Positions 37,625-48,845 of a DNA stretch of 64,000 bases are shown here, in pieces. The stretch comes from Lama guanicoe (Eukaryota). The notes below the pieces were generated by a model. The model was given only the letters and a program-made list of their open reading frames with translations. It was not told the DNA's origin and ran no database searches. The translations under genes were made by a program, and so were the position numbers. The stretch's first letter is position 1; every line of letters begins with the position of its first letter. The stretch lies in contig MU054187.1 of the NCBI GenBank assembly GCA_013239625.1, forward strand, positions 18,716,711 through 18,780,710, in the 5' to 3' direction.

Positions 37625-38861
37625 AAATGAGTCTCCGTTAAAACCTTATATGTGAGCACAAAATAGGATTATGCTCTTCTATTCCTGACTTCTGTTGGGA
37701 GTGGGAACTCTCATGACAACATACTTGGAACCTTTTTTCCCAACAATCCCACTGAATGCCCGAGATATACAGACTTGGACAGCTGAGTAGGTTTTAGGGA
37801 ATTTCAGATGACAGCTAAATTAAGACTAAAAAGAAGACCAACAGTTGAAACTAAACAACATACCGTGTTTCATATTAAAGTCACTTTAATGTCTCTATGC
37901 CTCAGTTTCCTCATTTGAAAAGTGGAGATGGTAACAGTTCCTACCTCATTTCGCTTGTGAGAATTAAGTAAGGTATAATGTGTGGAAAGCATTTGGGAGA
38001 ATACTTGGCCCGGTATTTGCACGCATTAGAATTTTGGTATCGTGAATGCGGTATTACTGAAAAGTGCTTGAATTCATTTTCATTTCATAGATACCGCGCT
38101 AGGCTTTGGGATGTAAGGAGGAAGAAAACATCCCAGGCTTTAGGGAACTGGGTCTAGAGGTGAAGACAGACATAGAGACAGATATTTCTAATTCTGTGTG
38201 TTACACAATAGACAGGGCGTGCATAGGGGCTGTGGGAACCGGTTGGGGACGTCAGCAGTATTTCCCTGTGGTCTGACTTAGTGTGACTAGCAAGAGGGCC
38301 ATCCTTTGAGGTTGTCTATGCTATGTGTTTGTTTCAGCACCTAGCACCCTGCCTGCTGAACAGAAGGAGTTGAAAAACATACTTGTGGAATGAATGGAAC
38401 TAATTTAGACTATCTCTGTCTGTTTCAAGAAAAAAAAAAACTGAGTTACAATATTGATATATTATTGTAGAACTGAATGAGAGGGCGGAATCTAAGATGG
38501 GTTAGAAAAAGCAGATCCAACCAAGTGGACTATACACAACGCTATTTCGTGGGTGACATCGTGTCCTAGATACTGGGCAGAAGAAGAGGAAACGCGGCTG
38601 AGAGCCTGGGGGAGAACAGGAGACAGGGCATCCTTACCCCAAGGTCAACACAGGTGGGAAGGCAGTGGAGGTGGGGGTGGCTGGAGGCAGGACAGGGAAA
38701 CTGAGGGACCCCATGGCAGGCTGAGTGCAGAGAGGACTTGGAAAGGGGGGTCAGGGCCACGCTGAGGAGCTGGACTTTGAACTTTTTTGATTCTCCAAGT
38801 GCGTGAGGGTAGACGGTAGCAGCTGTCTTAGCAGAAGCATCTCAAAGCTTTGTAAGGCTTC

Positions 38862-39595
38862 TTTTTTTAAGTAAACTAATTTTTTTATTGAAGTATAGTT
38901 GGTTTACAATGTTGTCAATTTCTGGTGTACAGCGTAAAGTTTCAGTCATATATAGACATACATATATTCCTTTTCATATTCTTTTTCATAATGGGTTACT
39001 ACAACATATTGAATATAGCTCCCTGTGCTATACAGTAGGTCCTTGTTGTTGATCTATTTTATATATAATCATCAGTATATGCAAATCTTAAATTTTTTTT
39101 TTTACTTTCCTTATATCTTTAATGAAATTTACTTTTTTTTGAAGTATAGTCAGTTTACAATGTTGTGTCAATTTCTGGTGTACAGCATAGTGTTTCAGAC
39201 ATACACATGCATACATATATTCATTTTCATTATGGATTACTACAAGACATTGAATATAGTTCCCTATGCTATCCAATATAAACTTGTATATCTTTTCTAA
39301 TTTTAGTTTTTTTGTTAAAGTATAGTCAGTTTACGATGTTGTGTCAGTTTCTGATGTACATCATGTTTCAGTCATGCATATACATACATGTATTCGTTTT
39401 TATATTCTTTGTCATTATAGGTGACTGCAAGATATTGAATACAGTTCCCTGTGCTATACAGTAGAAACTTGTTGTTTACCTATTTTATATATAGTCATTA
39501 GTATCTGCAAATCTGGGTCCCCCAATGTATCCCTTCCCACCCCCTTCCCCACTCCCCCCGTAACTGTGAGTTTCTTTTCTATGTCTGTGAGTCTG
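38862..39595 (-). mobile_element. Three stacked L1 3' ends
   Basis: 'aagtatagt..gttta.aatgttgt..ca.tttctg.tgtaca' occurs three times; outer TSD tgt(a/g)aggctt. Confidence 0.9.
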
Positions 39596-40479
39596 TGTGA
39601 GGCTTTATTTTATTTCTCGCTCACAAACCTCACTGGGGCTGCTTCTCCCTAGTCCTCTTGGTTACAGTAGGCGGTTAGGGGCATGGAGCCAGGGTATCCA
39701 TCCCAGGCCCATGTACTCTGTGTCCTTTGACAAGTTAATTTCCCCGTGCCTCAGTTTCCCCAACTGTGACACATGCGTGTTTGTAAGAATTGAATTAATT
39801 CATGGAAAGGGCGGAGAGCAGAGCCGGCATGTAGTAAGTGCTGCTTCCACTCTAGCTGTCAACCTGGCACCCGGACGGCATGTCACTGTCCTGGAAGTGA
39901 GTCCTGTCAGCAGTGAGAGCGGCAGCCATGCTCCCGGATGACACTCAAGCCTCGGTGTGTTTCAGGTAGAGGCCTTCTGTGCCTGTGGTTGCATTTTAGA
40001 GGCGGATTGAAAGGAGGGAGACAAGCCTAGAGGAGGCCAGGAGTCAGTGGTAGAGTCTACATGAGACATGGGAAATCCTGAACCCAAGAGGTGGGAGTGA
40101 CGAGCGGGAAGAACTGGAGGTTTCAGTGAGCTGTTAGAGGTAGGTGGCAAAGATTGACCCCCCAGTTTCTAGTTTAGTGCCTGGGAGGCTGGTGTTGCCC
40201 GGGCTGAGGTGTAGACTGCAGAAGGAGAGGCCAGCTTGGACGTGGTGAGGACATGTGCATTTCCTGTAGGAACATCCGCTCGCGCGTACTGATTCTCTGC
40301 TCAAAACTTGTCAGTGAACCCCCACTGCTATTGGATGAACGGGAACTGCAGTGCCACTGACCTCCTAGGATTACTGTAAAGATTAGTCAGTGCACATCAA
40401 ACACTTCAGATACAGTAAGTGCAAATAGTTAGTACCGTGTGTTTGCTGCTATAATTATGACTCTATAAATAACTAACAC

Positions 40480-41925
40480 ATCTTTCAAAGCCCTCTGTCT
40501 GTCCTCTGTTTATTTCCCAGACTCCCCCATCCGCATTCCTCTTGCTTGCGTTAAATTTTCTCCAGTTCATTGAAAACACTGACCCTTCTCTCACTCCTAG
40601 ACTTGAGAACTCTTCTCTCCCGGTTCTCCTTTTTTTTTTCCCTGTTTCACCTTTGTTCCTCCTTCATGTCTCAGCTAAAAAGTCCCTCCCTCTAGGAAGT
40701 TTTCCTTAACTCCCCAAGCCTGGGCTGGGTGAGGAGCCCCTCCTATGTTTTCTCCCTGCCTTTGTCACACTGGTGTGTGTCTGTAAAGGTCTGCTGCTGG
40801 GAGCTCCTAGAAGGCAAGACCAGACTATCTTGTGGGACATTGTCTTCCAAGCAGAGTGCCAGCCCCTCGAAGGACAGTTTATACATTTTGTTTGGCTGGA
40901 TGAATAAATGAGTTGGAATTTGGAGGCGAGATCGGGATGGGAGATAGAGATTAGGGCTCATCAGCACAGGGCCCTTGTGTAAATCAGGATGAGATTATCG
41001 GAGGTGAACCTTCCTCATACTCCTTCTCTCCCCCTTTACATCACTTATTTTCCTTCTGGAAACTCTTCTCCACAACTCCAAGGCTACCATCCTATTCTAC
41101 TTCTTTGGCTACTTTACGCTAGACCTTTTCTAGTCTCTTTTCTTGGTTTCTTTTACCCGCTCACCTATTTCCCCCCCACAAATTCAACCATCTCTTACTG
41201 ATTTTGATCTCCACATCCAGCTTCAACTTTGCTCCTGAACTCCTGACCTATATTTCCAACTGCTCATAAATACTCCAACTGGACCTTTCACAGCTGGCCA
41301 AGTGAAACAGGTTATCATTTCTACCTTCATGCCCGGGCCTCAAACTGACCTCTCCTCCACTCCTTCCTAGCTTGATTAACAGGGTTTCCATGCACAGTCA
41401 CCCAAACCAAGTCTGATGAGTTTCGGTTCCTCCTCCCTCTTTCCCCACGTCCTTCCTCTTCTAGACCTTGTCATTTCTGATTCTGGAGGTCTTCAATTTG
41501 ACTTCTCATTTCATTTTCACTGTCACAGTCCAGCTCTGGCTTTCATGATCTGTTGCCTAGAATATTACAATAGCTTCCTAACTGGCCTGTCTGTCTCCAG
41601 GTAATTTTCTAAAATACAAGTCTGATCATGTCACTTTTCACTGAGATCTTCCAAGGCCACACAGCCTACAGCTTGAAGTCCAAACCCACGACCATGGTGT
41701 TCACTGTCTTCACAATCTGGCCCCCACATGTTTTTCTTGCATCATCTCTTACTAGCATGAGATTCGAAAGAACTCCGTGTACATCCCTACACTGTATTAG
41801 AATTAGATGTTGAACTGTCTCTCTGTACTCTCAACACCCTGGTGACAGGACTGGCCCTTACTAATCTGTATAACTGAATAGCAGCCTAGCAGAATACCTA
41901 AGAAATGAGTGTTTTTTGAATAATT
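40480..41925 (+). mobile_element. L2 fragments
   Basis: 'ctccacatccagc...ctcctgaactcc...atatttccaactgc', 'aagtctgatcatgtcact', L2-type 3' ends. Confidence 0.75.
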
Positions 41926-42852
41926 GACTATGGTCACTTCCAAAGGGAGCATCTCGCTTAATCCTCCTCATGGGACATCTAGCTCGGCGTCTGATATGCA
42001 GAATGCCTTCAACAAAGGTCTGAAGGAATTGTGGGCTGATTTTGGAACGCAAACCTCCTGAAAGCAGGAACTTCATTTATTTTTAATTGAAATATGTTTG
42101 GCATATAACCCTGTATGAATTTAAGGTGTACAGCATGTTTAATCTGATACCTTTGTATATTGTTATGTGACCGTACCTGTCACATAGTAGGTAATGAACA
42201 AATATTTGTTGAACGAAGGCATGAATGAATGAATAAATGAAAGTAGCTCCCCGATCCCCTCTTTCCTACGGTATTTACTATCTCAGACTTGATTTCTAGG
42301 AGGGCAAAGGTAGTTGGTACTATGATGGGTGTCACATCCGTGCTTTTGTTTGCTGAACTTCTGAATCTTGTACTCAGTCAAAGAAAACTACTCCTGAGGC
42401 TAACTTGAATTTAATTTAATTAATGCAAGTTTCTTCTAGTGCTAGTCAAGTCTTTGGACAACCAAAGATAAAGTCTTGTCTCCTATGTGATAAGGTTGAT
42501 ATTAGAAATACAAAAGAGAAATTGGATATCAAATGAACTCAGATAAAGGATTTTGTTTTTGGAGGGTTTCATTTATTTATAAAACAAGGTGTCCCAGTGT
42601 TATTAATATAACATTGTAAGTTGACTATACTTTCATTAAAAAAAAAAAAAAGATGTACCAGTGTTTCTCAAAGAGGCTTTATACCAAAGTCAGGTACATT
42701 GTGAGAAATATAGATTTCAAATTAACTGATTTCGACTCAAGTTAACTGAATTTGAATTTCTGGGGGCAGGGCCCAGGCATTTGCACGTTCAGCAAGGCTG
42801 ACCAGTTATCTGGAAACTCCTGTCCGTGGCTTCAGGGACGCCACTCTGTTTT

Positions 42853-42960
42853 TGTTTGTTTGTTTTTTTTTAACATTTTTTATTGATTTATAATCATTTT
42901 ACAATGTTGTGTCAAATTCCAGTGTTCAGCACAATTTTTCAGTCATTCATGGACATTTAC
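42853..42960 (-). mobile_element. Young truncated L1 3' end
   Basis: Perfect 15-bp TSD acgccactctgtttt at 42838-42852 and 42961-42975. Confidence 0.9.
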
Positions 42961-43275
42961 ACGCCACTCTGTTTTATTTCCTGTCCTCCTCTGGTTTTTA
43001 TAGATCCTTTCTCTTCTCTATATTTCATTGATTACATTTCCTTAATCACTTTGGAGATTTTCCACCCATAATTTCAACTATGACTTTTTAACTGTTGTTC
43101 TATTTTTATTTTAATACTCAAGGGCTTCCAAAGTTTATACTGAGTCCTCTGTGTGATCAGCAAAGTCTCCAGGTTATTCTTCTGGACTCTGAAGTTCAAG
43201 AGCAGCTTAACTGATAATTTTCTTGGTCTCCTTCTTTCCCTCCAAATCCTATCTGATTCAAAAGGAAAACTGGGT

Positions 43276-43437
43276 AAGGAGGATGTAGCTGGAGTGGTAG
43301 AGCGCATGCTTAGCATGCATGAGGTCCCGGGTTCAATCCCCACTACCTCCTCCAAAAATAAATAAATCTAATTACCTCCTCCCCTACCAAAATAAAATAA
43401 TAAAATAATGCAATAATAAAGAAGTTTTTTTTTCCAA
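43276..43437 (+). mobile_element. tRNA-Ala-derived SINE (Vic-1-like)
   Basis: gtggtagagcgcatgcttagcatgcatgaggtcccgggttcaatcccc; TSD aaaaggaaaactg(g/a)gt. Confidence 0.92.
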
Positions 43438-46144
43438 AAAAGGAAAACTGAGTGTAGAGAAAAGGACACACATATCAAGGTAAATCATCCAGGGCAGTCA
43501 GTTTAGAGCTGGGTGTTTCTTCCGTGGCTGCAGACAATGGCTATGAAGCCTGCTGGTTAAAATTCCAGTAATAAATAAGAAACACATTGCTTACTGATTG
43601 ATAGAAACCCTCTGGGTTTTGACAGACGTTTCTCACTGATGATCTTATCTCCTAGAGCTCAGACCCCAGCTGAGGCTCGGGCAGGGGCTGCGTAGCGCCT
43701 TGAGGTGGGTTAGGCTGAGAGCAGCAGAGAAAAAAGAACCGAATGAAACCAAAACCAAAACCGAAACTGGGCAGAATTCTTTTTCTCAAGTCATCTAGCT
43801 GAGCGGTTGTCTGGTAATGGTCCATTTTAGCTGCATAATAGTCCTCTTGGGGGAGCCTTTCATTGGCCTCATCCCAGACCACGTAAATCAGAATCTCCAA
43901 GAGAGTTTGAAAATCACTAAGGTGGGTGGGAATGAGGACCCACTGGAACACAGCCATCCCATGCTTCCTGGTGAAGGACATTCAGAGTGGCCCAAAGTTG
44001 GCAGATGGAGATATTTGACAGAGTCTATGCCCAGTAGGGAAGGCAAAGACAGGGAATAGGGACAACAGGGATTTCTTCAGACATGGTACGTGGTCTACTT
44101 TGGAGCAGAAAGTGCTCTGTTGGAGTTTTATGAAGTAACCCCAGAACAATACAGTATGTCCAGAAACCGGAAGTTCTGGATGACAGGCTCAGGAGTTAAC
44201 CTGCTCACTGGGCAAAAGAGCCTCATGGGGATCGGAAGGCCAAGCATGAGATGATGTGGTGGAATGAAGCCAGTAGAGACTGGAGGCCAGATGACTAGCT
44301 AGGAAGCAACTGTGGTTAATGAGGGCCACATAAAGGGTGGTGGCAGAGAGATGAAATGAAGTCAGAATGGGCAGAGAGGAGAAGCAGAGACATTTCAGGG
44401 GTGAGGCCCAAAGGAGTTGAGTCGATGTTGCAGGGCGGTGGCCTGGAGGAGAGGAAAGGTGTGATCACGAAGATTGTTTCAAATTTGGGAAAGACTCAAA
44501 ACAGGGGGCGGGTGTGTTTACTTCGCACGAGGAGACCTGAGGACCTGGGATTTGGGTGTGTGGAGCTCAAGGTGCAGGGAGGAGACAGAGAGGCCCATAA
44601 AGCAGATGATGACTCAGAAGTTGCTGAGAGGGGATCAGAGGTCCTGGCCTCCAGGTCAGACTGAGCCGCCATCTGCCCAGGCGTGATGGCTGGAGCACCT
44701 GGCTCCTGTAGAAGTGTTCTACTTGAGTGGATTCCTATTAAACGTTAACCACATGAACACCATTGATTTAAAAAAAAAAAGTGGTATCAGAAAACACTGG
44801 ATAGAAAGAGTTTTGGAGTCATAGCCAGTTAAATAAGGAACCAAGATTGCTAGCTGGTTAAATAACTAAATAGCTCCTTAAACATTGCTAAAAAGTTACT
44901 TAGAAGTTAATTAAATCAATTTTGAAATACCAGCTTTGAGATTTTTCCTATAGACTGGAGGGGATTGTAATTAAACTCAATTACAGTCATGCTAGGTTTC
45001 TTCCCCAATGTTTATTTTTCTTCTGGTTATATTTCAGACAATTAATAGTGTCTAATGACTCAAGGTTTTGTGTAATTACCACCAATGATTAGAATCTCTC
45101 TCTTATGGAATGTTCTTTTTCACACAGGCACTCTGGAAGTGAAGGGAATTTATGATTATTCATGAAAGTCTCTCTACAGGCTGTAAAAAATTATCAGACT
45201 TTAAAATAAATTTATTATGCATTTATATCTCTATTTGCAACTAGAAAAAAATGATAAAAATAATTTAGTGCCCTTTAAAAAGTTCCAAATTATTCCCTCT
45301 CACACAGAGCCTTTTTTCCTCCAATTTTAGGATGTTTGAGAGAAATGAAAATTAAAATGAGAGATAGATTTTTGTTTTTAATTCCTTTGAATGCTTGGTT
45401 TCTAGGCCTCCTTTTCCTCCCTAAGTGTGAAGGCATTTTAGTGAAAGTTTCGTCGCAACTTTGTCAATAATTAATCCTCTCTTTCTTCAAAAAGTCTGAC
45501 AATGTTACAGTAACAATAACAGGCCATAAAACACTCCCCCTAATTGTGCAAGGCCTCATTCTTCCCTCACAGGGTTCAGGTTGACTGGAATGTGCTGAAG
45601 TCACATTCCAGCACCTTCCACAGCCAGGAGAACCACACTGGAATCTGAGGGAAATGGATGAGAATCTTTATTTCTGCTCCTAGAAAGGCCTAGGAAGGAC
45701 TGGAAGGAGGCACAGTAGAAAAGGAAATGAGGCTGGACAGCTAAGGGCACATTAATCGGGGAGGGAGCGGGGAGGACAGTGGGTCAATGTGGAGAAGGAA
45801 GGGGCAAATAGAACAGAGACAATCTCCAAGCGTGAGGCCCATTAACATAACTCAGGGAGGATGGCAGAAAAGCAGATCCGAGATCCATCAGGAAGGCCAA
45901 AGCCTGGGAATCCCAGGCAGAGGGGAGGAACTCATTTCAGAAGGTAAACATTGTTCATTCAGTGAGGATCTCCCTCCCTCCCTCTCTTATAAGAAAATAT
46001 AGTTGGAAATGCAAAAGGAAGACATCTTCATTTATCTGGATAGTGGATGATTCAATGGAAACTTAAAAACTAAATCTTGAAATTCTTACTGGGATTTACT
46101 TAGGCAATTCTATAAAATTAAGACAGGATTCTGTAATGAATTAA

Positions 46145-46294
46145 ATTTTTTTTTTATTTTTACTCTTTTTATTGTTTTTGGAGGGGAGGTAATTAAGTTT
46201 ACTGATTTATTTTTAAAGGATGTACTGGGGATTGAACCCCAGACCTTATGTATGCTAAGCATGTACTCTACCACTTGAGCTATACCTTCCCCCC
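46145..46294 (-). mobile_element. tRNA-Ala-derived SINE (Vic-1-like)
   Basis: ggggaggtaatta...gtactggggattgaaccc...ctctaccacttgagctatacc. Confidence 0.9.
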
Positions 46295-47390
46295 AAAACT
46301 TCTTTTTTCAATAATTTTTTACTTTGAACTTTTGGTTTTAATTTGCTCTTGAGTGAGGGGGTTGGCTTTGAGAGAGTGAACTCACTGTGATAACTTGCCC
46401 CAGTGTTCCCAAAACTTTCTTCTCAACAACTTTCAACATACTATAACATTCACCAGTTTTAAACATATAATTCAATGATCTTTTATTAATGTACCTGGTT
46501 GTTCAACCATCACCAAAATCCGGTTTTAGAACTTGGCCATCCACCCCAGTAAGATCTCAGGTCCCCATTGGCAGTTAATTTCTATTTCTATCCCAGGTCC
46601 CAGACAACCACTGATCTACTTCATGTTTCAATAAATTTGACTATTCTGGACATTTCATATAAATGGAATTATACAATATATTGTCTTTTGTGACTGCCTT
46701 CTTTACTTTGCAGTGTTTTTGAGGTTCATCCGTGTTGTGTATTTCATCTTTTTATTGTTGACTAGTATTTTATTGTATGGCTGTATCACATTTTGTTCAC
46801 TTATTCCCCAGCTGATGGACATTTGGATTATTTCCACTTCTTGGTCATTATGAATAATGCTGCTGAGAACATTCCAGTGCAAGTCTTTTTTTGTTTGTTT
46901 GTTTGTTTTCTTTTGTATACATAAATTTTTTTATTGAAATATAGTCAGTCTACAATGTTGCGTCAATTTCTGGTGTACAGCACAATGCTTTAGTCATACA
47001 TGATCCTGTGCAAGTCTTTGTGTGATCATATGCTTTTTTTTTAAAGTTATACTCTATTTATAGTTATTATAAAATGTTGGTTGTATTCCCTATGTTGTAC
47101 GATATATCCTTGTAACTTATTTTATACAACAATTTATACTTCTTAATCCCCTAGGGAAGCCCTTTCCCCTCCCATTGGTAACTACTAGTTGGTTCTCTAT
47201 ATCTGTGATTCTGTTTCTTTTTTGTTATTTTCACTCATTTGTTTTATTTTTTAGATTTCACATATAAGTGATTATCATACAGTGTTTGTCTTTCTGACTT
47301 ATTTCACTTAGCATAATACCTTCCAAGTCCATCCATGTTGTTGTCAATGGCAAAATTTCATTATTTTTTATGACTGAGTAGTAGTATTCC

Positions 47391-47392
<2 letters not shown>

Positions 47393-47425
<33 letters not shown>
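47393..47425. repeat. (GT)n microsatellite within L1 3' UTR
   Basis: About 16 GT units. Confidence 0.95.
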
Positions 47426-47427
<2 letters not shown>

Positions 47428-47514
47428 ACATTTTCTTTATCCATTCATCTGTTGATGGACACTTAGGTTGCTTCCAAATCTTGGTATACTGTAAATAGTG
47501 CTCCAATAAACATG

Positions 47515-48845
47515 TGATCTTTTTGGTTATCCTTCATTTTATTAATGTGGTGTATCACATTGATTGATTTGTGTGGTTGAACCAACCTTGTATTCCTGGA
47601 ATAAATCCCACTGATCATAGTGGATTTATTTGAGTCCTCTCTCTTTTTCTTGGTAAGTTTAGCTAAAGGTTTGTCTATTTTATTTATCTTCACAAAAAAC
47701 TAGTTCTTAGTTTTATTGATCTTTTCTATTGTCTTTTTATTCTCTATTTCATCTATTTTCTTTCTTCTACTAATTTTGGTCTTAGTTCTTTTTCTATTCT
47801 TTGGGATATAAAATTAGGTTATTTATTTGAGATTTTTCTTTCTTTCTTTTTAAATTAATGTAGGCATTTATTGCTAAGAACATCCCTCTTAGAGCTGCTT
47901 TTGTTGCATCTCATAATTTTTGTATTCCCATTTTCACTTGTCTCAACATATTTTTCTAATTTCTCTTTGGGTTTTTTTGCTGACTCATTGGTTGTTCAGT
48001 AGCATGTTGTTTAATCCCCATGTATTTGTGAATTTTCTAGTTTTCTTCTTGTAATTGATTTCTAGTTTCATATTATTGTGGTTAGAAAAGATACTTGATA
48101 TAATTTCAATCTTCTTAGATTTATTAAAACTTTTTTTGTGGCTTAACATAAGATCTATCCTGGGGAATGTTCCATGTCGACTTGAGAAGAATGTATATTC
48201 TGCTGCTGATGGATGGAATGTTCTATAAATTTCCATTAAGTCCATCTGGCCTCACATGTAGTTTAAGCCTAATGTTTCCTTTTTAATTTTCTTTTGTTGT
48301 TGTTTCTTTTGGCGGGGGAGGGGGTAATTTGGTTTATTTGTTTGTTTATTTTAATGGAAGTACTGGGGATTGAAAGCAAGATCCCTGGCACACTAAACAT
48401 GTACTCTACCACTGAGCTATACCCTCCCCCTTCTTAATCTATCTGGATGATCTATTCATTGTTGAAGTGGTGCGTTGAAGTTCCCTACTATTATGTTGCT
48501 GTCTTTCTCCCTTTAGGTTTGTTAACATTTGCTTTATATATTTAGGTGCTACTATGTTGAGTGCACAAATATTTACAAATATTATATCCTCCTGTTGAAC
48601 CTTTTACCACTCCTTCAGCTTTTGCTTGTCTGGAAAATCCTTTATCTCTCCTTCATCTTTGAAGGAAAACTGTTGGATAAGTATTCTTGCCTGGCAGTGT
48701 TTTCTTTCACTATTTTGAATATGTCATGTCTCTTGCTTCTTGCCTGCAAAATTTCTGCTGAAAAATCTGCTGATAGTTTTATAGGGGTTCCCTTGTATGT
48801 AACGTTGTTTTCTCTTGTTGCTTTTAATTCTCTCCTTGTCTATAG
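47515..48845 (-). mobile_element. L1 ORF1 and ORF2 endonuclease remnant
   Basis: ORF 47985-48245 MDLMEIYRTFHPSAAEYTFFSSRHGTFPRIDLML matches the L1 APE endonuclease motif; ORF 47463-47693 KINKIDKPLAKLTKKKRE is L1 ORF2; broken by stops and deletions. Confidence 0.92.
48290..48430 (-). mobile_element. tRNA-Ala-derived SINE (Vic-1-like)
   Basis: gtactggggattgaa...ctctaccactgagctataccctccccc. Confidence 0.88.

Noticed and set aside
38862..39595. CRISPR-like or satellite array
   Set aside because: The units are diverged L1 3' ends in a mammalian genome, with no repeat-spacer structure
47985..48245. Endonuclease-like ORF as a host gene
   Set aside because: Fragment of a decayed L1 ORF2 with neighbouring stops and a SINE insertion
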